The position numbers and the translations under genes are program-made. DNA of 62,438 bases, filler included. It is 6 parts of 6 records of this genome, joined end to end, with 100 filler letters (N's around TTAATTAATTAA, not from the genome) between each part and the next. Parts side by side here need not be neighbours in the genome. Positions count along the whole stretch, not along the records: positions 22,325 to 42,727 come from SRR31147125_18813; positions 42,828 to 53,862 come from SRR31147125_18825; 4 more parts are not named here. One strand, given 5' to 3'. Positions 41,204 to 50,688 of this stretch are shown here, piece after piece (position 1 is the first letter of the stretch; each line of letters starts with the position of its first letter). Under the pieces are notes generated by a model, which worked only from the letters and a program-made list of their open reading frames with translations, had not been told where the DNA came from and ran no database searches.

Positions 41204-42040
41204 TCATTCAAAATCCTTTACATATTTTTCAAAACAGTCGTCTTTTGATCCCTCAAATAAATAAATTTTTCCACGTACTGTTTTCGACTCTCCCCTCTCA
41301 AGCGGACCAACCTGAATTCCCAAATGCATACATTGCCATGGATTATGTCCTTGTACAGATAAAAAATGTTCCCAGGCAATTCCTGTAATCCATTGTTTGT
41401 TCGTAGATTCTCTGATGAGAATGCCGTGTTTCGCGTTCCCACTGGTGGGCCATTTTTCAGAGAAAACGAATTTTCCGTCAGGGGAAATGTGGTCTAATGA
41501 ATCTTGCAGTTTAAAATTAAAATGTATTTCACGCTTGAAAAGTTTTTCGAGACCTGCCATACCAACAAACCAGGTATTCGTATTATTGAATTCATGGTTT
41601 AGTTGAGCCTGTGGAAATTGTTCCTTTCTGTGAGGTGGAGCTCCGGGATTAAAACAGGGTATAATTGCAGCAATATCAGGCCAATCATGTTCAGAGGTGT
41701 TTGTGACAGTCAATGTCATATCAACGCCATCCTTCACGACGTTCATGTCAACCTTTAAATTCGAGGAAGAAATGACAGCTGTTGTCTGATCCTCACTCAG
41801 CGTTCTCTGATTGTGATATGTACCGGATGTATGTTCCCCTTTTTGTATGGCATCAAACATATTCCATTCATAAAACCAGAAATACATGACCATGCCTTCC
41901 TGTTTTGTTGATTCAACAGCAATTCCCTTTTCCCATTCCCATAGTTTTAAGGACCTTTTTTCCTGTGATTTGGTACAAAAAAGGAAAAACAAACTAAAAA
42001 CCCCGATAAAGATTAGCCCTTTTTTTGACATTTTATTCAC
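41204..42040 (-). CDS. Hypothetical lipoprotein
   Basis: 278-aa ORF with a basic then hydrophobic N-terminus and FLFC lipobox. No family recognised. Confidence 0.65.
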   Translation of the reverse strand: MNKMSKKGLIFIGVFSLFFLFCTKSQEKRSLKLWEWEKGIAVESTKQEGMVMYFWFYEWNMFDAIQKGEHTSGTYHNQRTLSEDQTTAVISSSNLKVDMNVVKDGVDMTLTVTNTSEHDWPDIAAIIPCFNPGAPPHRKEQFPQAQLNHEFNNTNTWFVGMAGLEKLFKREIHFNFKLQDSLDHISPDGKFVFSEKWPTSGNAKHGILIRESTNKQWITGIAWEHFLSVQGHNPWQCMHLGIQVGPLERGESKTVRGKIYLFEGSKDDCFEKYVKDFE

Positions 42041-42305
42041 CTTGTTTAATTAAACACCTCATTGGTTTTATGATTTTTATTCCAAAATTCAAATGTTCAT
42101 ACTCTGGTGATATTTACCTGATCCTCATTGACAAACTGTGGATTTAAAGTACGTTACTGTGGTAATAATAACAAAAAAAAATAATTAAACAACAAAGAAT
42201 AAAATATTTTATTATATTAAATTTCTGATTTAAAAAAAATATCTCTCATTAAATTATAAATCTGTCTATATTATTCCAAAGACATACAATAAGAAAGGAA
42301 TTTAT

Positions 42306-42727
42306 GTGAACCGAAGAGCCTTTTTAAAAACGTCCGGGCTGAGTCTTCTGGCAATGGCAACACAGAGTCGGGCTCAATACAGTTCCTTGTTGCAGAAACC
42401 TAATATTCTGATCATTATGACAGACCAGCAGTTCGCCGATGCAATGAGTTGTGTCATGGGAAAGAGGTATATTCACACGCCTCACATGGATAAGCTGGCA
42501 GAAAACGGTAAACGCTTCACGCGTGCATACTCTCCCAATCCCCTCTGCATGCCCATGCGCACATCCATGTTTACCGGTCGCTACCCCCATCAGACCGGGG
42601 TTCTGACAAATGATGGCCCAAAGTTAAACCCGATCGACTTCTGCTTTATGGGAAAAATCTTCAAAGACGCTGGTTATGACACAGGATACTTTGGTAAATG
42701 GCATATACCTCTCGACACTGGGAAAAA
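42306..42727 (+). CDS. Tat-exported sulfatase (formylglycine type), N-terminal fragment
   Basis: Twin-arginine NRRAFLK, PNILIIMTDQ, CxPxR motif CMPMRTSMFTG and GKWH. Confidence 0.92.
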
Positions 42728-42827
42728 NNNNNNNNNNNNNNNNNNNNNNNNNNNNNNNNNNNNNNNNNNNNTTAATTAATTAANNNNNNNNNNNNNNNNN
42801 NNNNNNNNNNNNNNNNNNNNNNNNNNN
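42728..42827. other. Artificial contig-joining spacer
   Basis: Same linker. Confidence 0.99.
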
Positions 42828-42828
42828 G

Positions 42829-43452
42829 CTGGGACCGAACGGAGCCGGGAAAACCACGGTTTTCTATATGATTGTGGGATTTATTCAGGCAACGGCAGGA
42901 TCGGTAAAATTCAATAACAGGGAAATAATAAAACTCCCTATGTTTAAGCGCGCCAATCTGGGGATCTCATACCTTCCCCAGGAATCTTCTGTATTCAGGA
43001 AACTTTCGGTAGAGAAAAACATCTGGGCGATACTCGAAACCAGAAAAGATTTGACAAAACTGGAAAAAAAAGAGGAGCTCGAGCGGCTTATTGATAATTT
43101 TGGATTGGAAGAAGCCCGCAAACGCATGGCTATGGATTTATCGGGAGGCGAACGCCGCAGAACGGAAATTGCCCGCAACCTGGCAATCAGTCCGAAGTTT
43201 CTGCTTCTGGATGAGCCGTTTGTCGGAATCGACCCGAAAACGGTTCAGAGCATACAGGAAATCATCAAAAAGATGGCTGCTGATGGAATTGGCATACTGA
43301 TAACCGACCACAATGCCGGTGCCACGCTGGATATCACCCATTATTCGCATATAATCGATGACGGAAGCATCATTGTTTCCGGTGATCGGGAAACTATCAC
43401 GGCCGATGAAATGGCTATTAAAAAGTATCTGGGGACAGACTTTCGTTCTTAA
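42829..43452 (+). CDS. lptB: LPS export ABC transporter ATPase, 5'-truncated
   Basis: LGPNGAGKTT, YLPQESSVFRKLSV, LSGGERRRTEIAR and LLDEPF...ITDHN, upstream of rpoN. Confidence 0.92.
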   Translation: MGPNGAGKTTVFYMIVGFIQATAGSVKFNNREIIKLPMFKRANLGISYLPQESSVFRKLSVEKNIWAILETRKDLTKLEKKEELERLIDNFGLEEARKRMAMDLSGGERRRTEIARNLAISPKFLLLDEPFVGIDPKTVQSIQEIIKKMAADGIGILITDHNAGATLDITHYSHIIDDGSIIVSGDRETITADEMAIKKYLGTDFRS

Positions 43453-43482
43453 ATATGATAGGCTTTCTTCAGGTAAAATAGT

Positions 43483-44856
43483 ATGCAGTCACAACGGCTG
43501 GAATTGGCCCAAAAACAACAACTTAAACTCAGTCCTCAGATGTATCAGTCTCTGGAGCTTATGGCTCTGCCACTGCTGGATCTGCGCGCAAAAATCCAGG
43601 AGGAGATTGAGAAAAATCCCGCCCTGGAACTCGAAACAGGTAAAGATGTCTCTTATGACAATGTTTCCAAATCGCGGGACAGTGGGGTTATTGATCCATT
43701 CGAGAACAGCTCCGATCCGGGCTATGTAAGAAAAAGGAACGAAAACGATCCTGATTCAAAGCATAAATTTCTTGAGGGGGCTGTTTCCAGAGGAGAGACC
43801 CTGCAGGAGCATCTGTTCGGGCAGCTGAATTTACTGGATATTTCCGAAGCGGAGTATCATATCGGTGAACTGCTTATATCGAATCTTGATTCACACGGTT
43901 TCTACCGGGAAGCTCCAACTGACATAGTTCCCGAAGATCAGCACCCGGATATGGAACAGATGATAGCAAAAATCCGCACATTCGATCCCTCCGGAATTTG
44001 TGTGGAAAATTATATTGAATCACTGGTTCTGCAGGCTGAACTGTCATCGGCGGCCCTGCCTGGAACCGAAGAGGTGATTCGCGGCCACCTGGAAAATATT
44101 CGCCGGGGAAAAATTGATGTGATCGCCCGCTCCCTTACTCTGGATATTGAAGATGTTGAATATATCGTGGATTTTATCAAGGGGCTGAATCCTTATCCCG
44201 GAAGTAACTATTCTCAGGAAGCGACGCAGTACATCATCCCCGATATCTTAATCAGAAAATTAAACGGACAGCTGGTCATGCAGCTGAATGTGGACCAGAT
44301 TCCCACACTGAAGATTGATCCGGGATTCGAGGAGATGGCGGATGTAAGTGATTCCCTTGACCGGGAAACCGATAAGTATATTCAGCAGTCCATCCGGGAT
44401 GCCCGCTGGCTGATTAACAGTATTGAGATGCGCAGCTCCACTCTCAGGCGGGTGGGAGCTGCACTGCTTCGTTTTCAGAGAGACTTTTTCCTGAAGGGAT
44501 CGAAGTATATACGGCCGTTGACGCTGAAAGATATTGCCGAAGAGATATCGGTTCATGAAACGACGGTCTCCAGAATAGCCAATGCCAAGCACATCCAGAC
44601 CGACTGGGGGATCTTTCCCATAAAATATTTCTTCAGCAATGCTGTTCAGGGAACGAGTGATGACGGTAAAGATATCTCCAAAACCGGTGTCAAAGAGGTT
44701 CTCCGCGAACTGATAGAGAACTACACGGGGAAGAAGCGTCTTTCAGACCAGAAAATTGCCGATATGCTGTTGGAGAAAGATATTAAAATCGCACGCAGAA
44801 CTGTCGCGAAATACCGCAAGGAACTCAATATCGATTCATCATTTGACCGCGGATAA
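43483..44856 (+). CDS. rpoN: RNA polymerase sigma-54 factor
   Basis: Gln/Leu-rich region I, PLTLKDIAEEISVHETTVSR and the RpoN box ARRTVAKYR. Confidence 0.97.
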   Translation: MQSQRLELAQKQQLKLSPQMYQSLELMALPLLDLRAKIQEEIEKNPALELETGKDVSYDNVSKSRDSGVIDPFENSSDPGYVRKRNENDPDSKHKFLEGAVSRGETLQEHLFGQLNLLDISEAEYHIGELLISNLDSHGFYREAPTDIVPEDQHPDMEQMIAKIRTFDPSGICVENYIESLVLQAELSSAALPGTEEVIRGHLENIRRGKIDVIARSLTLDIEDVEYIVDFIKGLNPYPGSNYSQEATQYIIPDILIRKLNGQLVMQLNVDQIPTLKIDPGFEEMADVSDSLDRETDKYIQQSIRDARWLINSIEMRSSTLRRVGAALLRFQRDFFLKGSKYIRPLTLKDIAEEISVHETTVSRIANAKHIQTDWGIFPIKYFFSNAVQGTSDDGKDISKTGVKEVLRELIENYTGKKRLSDQKIADMLLEKDIKIARRTVAKYRKELNIDSSFDRG

Positions 44857-45034
44857 TTGGTATGCCGTTACGTTAGTTCCCAACCGCGTTTATTATCTTT
44901 TTCACACCATCAATTTTCCTTCAATTACATTTGCTTTTTCCACTCCTAGGGCTTATCCTTAATATATAAGGGATAATGACACATTTTAATAATTTGAAAT
45001 TATCCTATAAATCAATCCCAATCAGGAGGTGGCT

Positions 45035-45355
45035 ATGAATCTGGAAATTAGAGGCATCCATTACAACGTAAGTGAGACAACCAGAGAGTTCTTCGAGAAA
45101 AAACTTCATCGAATCGAGTTTGCTAAGGCCTATCTGGTCGACCTGCAGATAACGGTACATAAGGAACCGCATCAGAGTTATAGAATCGAAGCAAAAATAC
45201 ACTTTCAATGGGGGATAACTAAAATAGTGCACGCGGATGGTCACGAACTGTACGAAGCTATAGAATACTTTGTGGATAAACTGGAAAGAATCGTTCGAAA
45301 AGAGAAAGGTAAAGTTCAGGATCATGGAGTACGACAGGAGGAGATCCTCTCATAA
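45035..45355 (+). CDS. hpf: Ribosome hibernation factor (RaiA/HPF, short form)
   Basis: About 106 aa immediately after rpoN, MNLEIRGIHY...LYEAIEYFVDKLERIVRKEK. GGAGG RBS. Confidence 0.85.
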   Translation: MNLEIRGIHYNVSETTREFFEKKLHRIEFAKAYLVDLQITVHKEPHQSYRIEAKIHFQWGITKIVHADGHELYEAIEYFVDKLERIVRKEKGKVQDHGVRQEEILS

Positions 45356-45376
45356 AACCCTGTACCCTGTGGTAAC

Positions 45377-45418
45377 AAAAACCCGCCGACCAGCTAAGGT
45401 AAGGCGGGTTTATTTTTT
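45377..45418 (+). terminator. Rho-independent terminator after hpf (possibly bidirectional)
   Basis: AAACCCGCC...GGCGGGTTT followed by a T-tract, between convergent genes. Confidence 0.75.
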
Positions 45419-45485
45419 GTTAACCTGAATCGACTATCCGTACTGCTCAATTCAACTGTGCAGGAACGGTTCAAGATCATGTATG

Positions 45486-46958
45486 CTAGAATCCGAGCTC
45501 CCTGATATTATCCAAAATATAATCAATCTGATACATTCCGATCAGAAAACGTTTATTTCCGCCGTCGACCCTGAGTACTGAAAATTCATCATCATAGGGC
45601 AGCAGTTCAATCACTTTATCCCCATTTTCGGGCTGAATATGATGATAGACTAGCTTCAGGAGCGGTTCGTCTCCCCGCGCGGCCGTCTCCGTGGCTTCAA
45701 CCAGTGCAGCATCGGCTGCACCCTCAATCTGGCGGCCGATTAATACCTGATACAGATCCTTGAAAGAATCTTCATCAACCTCATTTCCGTCTATAAAAAA
45801 TGTTTCAGTAATATCCTCACTGTCTCCGGATCGTTCAATTGTTCCTTCTAATGCTGTATCTCCTATTGTCAGGGTATATCCTGAAACCTGATCTATACCA
45901 ATGAGCGCGGCAAAGGATTCAACATAGTCTATCGGCTCAATTTCAGTAAATGCTATTGCGGCTTCTGATATTGCAAGAACAGGAGCTTCTGTTCCCGGAG
46001 CAAGAGCATACCGTAACGGAATTCCTGCCGGGGACGTACTGTCATCTACTTGATTCCCCAGTTTCAAACTCAAACCGCTTTCGTCGGCAGAAACCACAAT
46101 AAACTCCACGGCCTGCGTGTCATCCAATCCATATGTTTCCAGCGGATCCGGATCATCGATAAACTCATATACCATGAGCCCTTCCTGTAAAGGAGCCAGC
46201 AATTCAAAATAGGTTGAATCATTCACACCCTTCGGAGGATCGAACGGCTGGACAAAATAAAAGGGAAATAAACCGGGGTCGAATGGATCACTGCTCTGGT
46301 AGCGTCCAATGGTATAAACCGCTTCTTCGTCCTGTCTTACCGCGATATAGGTAACTTCCTGCAGGTTCACAGAACGCAGTACTTTCTCCCTGATAGTGTA
46401 GAGGTCGGGAAAGAGTGATTCAGCAAAGTAAGCCTGGATCAGATAGACCGCATCATCATTTTCCCGCATGACATAGTGCATGGTACCGTCAGGATTTTTG
46501 CTTCCAAGAAAGAGTTTCTGACTGGTTTCGCCGTCGCTCAGGGTGGTTACCGCAGCCGGGTTCAGCAATCCGTAATCATCAAGATTACCAGCGTCTGTAA
46601 TTTTATCCCCAGTTCCCGCCATAACGAGTGCAAATACAATTGATCTTGCACCCATCTCATTAATTGGAATATCGGGGTACTCCTTCACGGTCAGCGGAAC
46701 TTCTTCACCAACAAGCAGCGTAAAGACAAAATCATCACGTTCGACAGCTATCGATTCAAGATATTCACTGTCTATAGTAATGAGTGATTCCGGTGTTTCA
46801 CTCTCCTCATTTCCAGCCGACAGCAGCGGCACATTCTCTGTATCCATATCCGCTGTTTGAGGCTCTGCTTCGACCGGATCCCGGCTTACCAGCAGATAGA
46901 CGGCTCCCAGCAGAATAATTGCTGCCGCCGCTATAATGAGCGTCCGGTATTTTTTCAT
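45486..46958 (-). CDS. DUF4340-type membrane-anchored acidic protein
   Basis: Single N-terminal TM and repeated LDDYGLLNP / LETYGLDD motifs. Last gene of the Gld-like ABC operon. Confidence 0.72.
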   Translation of the reverse strand: MKKYRTLIIAAAAIILLGAVYLLVSRDPVEAEPQTADMDTENVPLLSAGNEESETPESLITIDSEYLESIAVERDDFVFTLLVGEEVPLTVKEYPDIPINEMGARSIVFALVMAGTGDKITDAGNLDDYGLLNPAAVTTLSDGETSQKLFLGSKNPDGTMHYVMRENDDAVYLIQAYFAESLFPDLYTIREKVLRSVNLQEVTYIAVRQDEEAVYTIGRYQSSDPFDPGLFPFYFVQPFDPPKGVNDSTYFELLAPLQEGLMVYEFIDDPDPLETYGLDDTQAVEFIVVSADESGLSLKLGNQVDDSTSPAGIPLRYALAPGTEAPVLAISEAAIAFTEIEPIDYVESFAALIGIDQVSGYTLTIGDTALEGTIERSGDSEDITETFFIDGNEVDEDSFKDLYQVLIGRQIEGAADAALVEATETAARGDEPLLKLVYHHIQPENGDKVIELLPYDDEFSVLRVDGGNKRFLIGMYQIDYILDNIRELGF

Positions 46959-48400
46959 AACCGTTTTCTCCTGAGATAGACAATCAAACCCAAGGCAATG
47001 ATCCCCAACGGAATGAGGATGATGGCTATTCCCGCATAGACAAAGGCGTGCGTCGCGCTCATCTGCATCGGGAGTCGATAGAGACTGCGGCTCTGGACAT
47101 TAATCGTCTTTTCATTGCCAGCCAGCCACCCCAGCGCCTGAATGGTGAAATCGTAATTGGCTTTCAGGCTGCCGACTCCGGGCAGTGGTGTAAATGATGT
47201 CATTGAACCGAGTACGAGTAATTTAGATCCTTCCTGGAATCCTGTATCAATACTCTTCTCCGCCGCGGCGGCTGCCACAACGACCGGGCCGTTCGAATCG
47301 GACATTATCCGGTTCTGTGATGCTGCGGTTAGATCGATTCTCAACCAGGCTTTGTCAGTCGTGGTCAGAATGGGAATGAAGGATATATTTCGTTTCTGAA
47401 TGTCTGTTTCAGAAAAACCCATGGAGGACGCGATTATCATACTCTGGTTATTCTCGGTAAGCGGCGCGGTAATTTCTTCCTCAACATAGAGCGGAGAAAA
47501 AGCCAGCGGAGACCCGCCGAACTCGGGAATGAGCCGATCGGTATCCTGCTCCATAACCACACCGCGATCCAATTTGATATTCCAGGAAGCGAGTAAATCC
47601 GCGAGGTTAGTCAACGGTTCCTGCGTCAAGTCAAATCCGGCATAGAGACTGCCACCCCGCTCCAGAAAGTCTTTAATCTTATCAACTTCGCTGACACTGT
47701 AATCCCAGGACGGGCTGAGGATGGCAACGATGTCGGCATCTTCTGGTATTTCCCCTACGGTTGTCATGTTTAATGTTTCGAGATAGAAGTTGCTTTTTTC
47801 GATGGTTTCGGTATATCCAAAATCATCAAATGTATACTCATTATGCCCGATCAGCTGATACAGTTTCACCTGTTCACCTGTGGATGCATATTGGATTGCG
47901 GCTGATACACTCTGTTCTGCTTTGAATCCGAACACATTGACTCCGCCGTCTTCGGTGTAGGAGATATTATAGAGATCTATGCTGGGAACGACTCGGCTTC
48001 TTTCACCGCTTACGATGATGACCGATCCCTTCGTGATAGTCTTCTGATCCTCACCCTCTCCCGAATCTTCGGTATAGCGGGCTATCAGAGCCGGATTACG
48101 GTCCGGATCTATCTGTTTCAGCTCAATTTTTTTACTGGCATCGTACTGCTTCAGCAGCTCCAGAACGGTTATATTTTCCTGTCCCGGCTGCGTCAGGTAG
48201 TAGATCATGACATCCTGATCCAGCTCATCAAGCAGGGTCTGAGTCTCTTCCGTTAGGGTATAGAGATCCCTGCGTGTCATGTCGAAATCGATATCGAGTT
48301 CGGATGCGATTACATTTACCAGTACCAGTACTGTCAGTACAGCTATTGTCACGGCTATTGAAATTACCGCGTGTTTTACTTTAAAGGATACTTTTTTCAT
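46955..48400 (-). CDS. GldG-like ABC transporter auxiliary component
   Basis: FDMTRRDLYTLTEET, IDPDRNP, GHNE and a C-terminal TM followed by RRKR. Confidence 0.82.
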   Translation of the reverse strand: MKKVSFKVKHAVISIAVTIAVLTVLVLVNVIASELDIDFDMTRRDLYTLTEETQTLLDELDQDVMIYYLTQPGQENITVLELLKQYDASKKIELKQIDPDRNPALIARYTEDSGEGEDQKTITKGSVIIVSGERSRVVPSIDLYNISYTEDGGVNVFGFKAEQSVSAAIQYASTGEQVKLYQLIGHNEYTFDDFGYTETIEKSNFYLETLNMTTVGEIPEDADIVAILSPSWDYSVSEVDKIKDFLERGGSLYAGFDLTQEPLTNLADLLASWNIKLDRGVVMEQDTDRLIPEFGGSPLAFSPLYVEEEITAPLTENNQSMIIASSMGFSETDIQKRNISFIPILTTTDKAWLRIDLTAASQNRIMSDSNGPVVVAAAAAEKSIDTGFQEGSKLLVLGSMTSFTPLPGVGSLKANYDFTIQALGWLAGNEKTINVQSRSLYRLPMQMSATHAFVYAGIAIILIPLGIIALGLIVYLRRKRL

Positions 48401-48405
48401 ATCAG

Positions 48406-49269
48406 TTAACTCCAGCGGCGATTTTCAATACGACTTCCTGTCAGATAGAGGAAGAAGACTGAGAAACTCATGTAATAGATGACGGCATCAAGCTTCAGGA
48501 TTCCCATCGAGAATCGTTGAAATCTGCTGGTCAGTGAAAACCAGGCAATGATTTTGCTGATCAGCCCGTACAGCAGATCAGGTACGGTGAAAAAGAGTAC
48601 GATAACTACAGCCGCGGCAACAACGGCCGCTATGGCAGAGATGCGCCATTCACCGGTTTTCCTCTGAAACAGTCCGATAACCACGGCGGCAATTACCAAT
48701 ATGGCAATAGCGCCTGCCAATGAGGACATGGGAGCAAATGATCTCACATAGTCGATGATCCAGCTGGCAAGCAGCCCGCAGAAGGTGAGAATCGCGGCTG
48801 ATGTCTGACTTTCAGCAACTTCGGATACGTAGGTTCCGATAGCTATGAAGGAACTGCCGAGAAAGAAGAATCCGATATAGGTTCCCCATATCTGACTCCA
48901 GTCCATCTTTCCATGAAAACTGAGAAACATTGGATAGAGCATGGTTATGATCAGGGTTATCAGGAACAGCGATACTGCCGCAAAATATTTTCCCAGCACT
49001 ATGCCGCGAATACTTACCGGACTGGAAAGCAGCAGGATATCGGTCTTCTGCCGTTTTTCCTCGGTAAAGAGGCGCATTGTCAGGATGGGAACAACCAGCA
49101 GAAAGATAAAAATCAAGCTGCCGAGAAAACCGGCAAAGTCACTGCTTCCGGAGAATACATTCTGTAAAGAAAAGAGCAGCCCCGCTATCAGCAGAAAGGC
49201 GCCCATAAATATATATCCTCCCGGAGTGAGGAAATAGCTTTTCATCTCTTTTTTATATACAGCTATCAT
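48406..49269 (-). CDS. GldF-like ABC-2 permease
   Basis: KEMKSYFLTPGGY and PILTMRLFTEEKRQKTDILLLSSPV...IVLGKY. Confidence 0.85.
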   Translation of the reverse strand: MIAVYKKEMKSYFLTPGGYIFMGAFLLIAGLLFSLQNVFSGSSDFAGFLGSLIFIFLLVVPILTMRLFTEEKRQKTDILLLSSPVSIRGIVLGKYFAAVSLFLITLIITMLYPMFLSFHGKMDWSQIWGTYIGFFFLGSSFIAIGTYVSEVAESQTSAAILTFCGLLASWIIDYVRSFAPMSSLAGAIAILVIAAVVIGLFQRKTGEWRISAIAAVVAAAVVIVLFFTVPDLLYGLISKIIAWFSLTSRFQRFSMGILKLDAVIYYMSFSVFFLYLTGSRIENRRWS

Positions 49270-50246
49270 AGTTCCGCCTCCGTCTTTGTCAGGTCCAGGA
49301 AGATTTCTTCCAGGCTCATATCAATTGGCCGCATCATCAGCAGCGGTATGTCTGCGTCGGCAAAAGCTTTGAAGACATCTCTTCGAATATCTTTTCCCTC
49401 TTCCGCGTACAGCACCACGGATATCGCGTCTTCCTCATCACCGCTCTCAATTTTATGGTCGACTATACCGGTCAGCGTATTGATAACTTTTTCCACATTC
49501 TGTACTGCTTCAGGTGTCTCTACATCTGCTTTGGCAGTCACATCTGCTAAAATGAACAGTCTGTTTGTCCCAAAGAGATGCTTTGACAGCTCCTCTGGAG
49601 TATCCGAAGCGATAATTCTCCCTTTGGATATAATCATAACTCTTTCACAGACCGCCTGCACTTCTGAAAGTATATGCGAACTCAGAACAACGGTATGGTC
49701 GCGTCCCAGATCGGTGATCAGATTTCTGATCCCGATTATCTGTCCCGGATCCAATCCTACGGTCGGTTCGTCTAGTATCAGGATAGGCGGTTCACCGATC
49801 ATGGCTTGTGCCAATCCTACCCGCTGACGATATCCTTTGCTTAAGTTCCGTATAAGCCTGCCCGATACATGGGTGATACCCACTTTTTCCATTACCCGCT
49901 GAATCTCTACCTTGCGCTTATCTCTTGATATCCGCTTCAGGTCGCATACCGTTCTCAGGTACTCTTTGGGGGTCATTTCACCATACAGCGGCGGATGCTC
50001 GGGCAGATACCCGATCATCTTTTTTGCGGCTGATGGATCGTCCAGGATATTCACTCCGTTAATGCTGGCTTTCCCGTCGGTAGCCGAGATGCATCCGGTC
50101 AGGATGTTCATGGTCGTCGATTTACCGGCTCCGTTCGGACCGAGAAATCCGATAATCTCGCCTTTTTTTATATGAAACGAAATATCATCGACGGCTATGA
50201 TACGACCGAACTTTTTCGTAAGGCGCTCTACTTGTATCATGGGCAC
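49266..50246 (-). CDS. GldA-like ABC transporter ATPase
   Basis: GPNGAGKSTT, LSKGYRQRVGLAQA, LILDEPTVGLDP and SSHILSEV. Confidence 0.9.
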   Translation of the reverse strand: MPMIQVERLTKKFGRIIAVDDISFHIKKGEIIGFLGPNGAGKSTTMNILTGCISATDGKASINGVNILDDPSAAKKMIGYLPEHPPLYGEMTPKEYLRTVCDLKRISRDKRKVEIQRVMEKVGITHVSGRLIRNLSKGYRQRVGLAQAMIGEPPILILDEPTVGLDPGQIIGIRNLITDLGRDHTVVLSSHILSEVQAVCERVMIISKGRIIASDTPEELSKHLFGTNRLFILADVTAKADVETPEAVQNVEKVINTLTGIVDHKIESGDEEDAISVVLYAEEGKDIRRDVFKAFADADIPLLMMRPIDMSLEEIFLDLTKTEAEL

Positions 50247-50535
50247 TTCTCCAATTATTCAAAAAGGAAACATCAAAACCATACAGTCCTGATGTTTCCC
50301 CACTATGAATGAATTTAATTATTCTGTTTGTATAGATGATACTAGCGTGATGCCGGTATGTCAATTCCAGGATTCATAATTCAGCCAGCTTGAGGCAGTC
50401 AGATTGCCCTATATCTACCGTACAAGCATCTTTTTCCTAACAAAAACTATATTTTTTGTCAAAAATAGTGTAATATTATTTTAGTATAACGATTTAGCTT
50501 GTAGTTTTAGCTTGTCGTTTCGAAGATCGGAAATA

Positions 50536-50655
50536 CGTATTTCTTCGGAAATATCGCATTATGCGGGGACGTCGTATTTTACGAAGATATCGCATCTTGC
50601 GGAGACTGCGCAGATAGCGAAAGTCACGCTCTATGTGAAATATCCCGTATTGCGG
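50536..50655. repeat. Degenerate direct repeats of about 37 nt with internal CGCA-N3-TGCG palindromes
   Basis: cgtatttcttcggaaatatcgcattatgcggggac vs cgtattttacgaagatatcgcatcttgcggagac, with a weaker third copy gaaatatcccgtattgcgg. Confidence 0.5.
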
Positions 50656-50688
50656 TCTGACCGCTGCTATATAATCAGGGGGGATTAT

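Noticed and set aside
42041-42305. Pho-box-like repeats upstream of the sulfatase and the 278-aa lipoprotein
   Set aside because: TTAA words are present but not in 11-bp phase, so these genes were not included in the proposed regulon.
44953-44976. Imperfect palindrome TTATCCTTA-atata-TAAGGGATAA upstream of hpf
   Set aside because: Single AT-rich instance with no identifiable regulator, so it cannot be supported.
50392-50409. Possible sigma-54 promoter GG-N10-GC (AGGCAGTCAGATTGCC)
   Set aside because: Only the minimal dinucleotides fit, the match to TGGCACG-N4-TTGC is poor, and proximity to rpoN is not evidence.
50536-50655. Possible mini CRISPR array
   Set aside because: Units are degenerate and nearly abutting, with no unique spacers and no cas genes.
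50512-50688. 59-codon N-terminal extension of the acyl-CoA ligase in the ORF track
   Set aside because: It runs through the repeat-rich non-coding region. The ATG at 50689, after a G-rich RBS, gives a normal-length enzyme.
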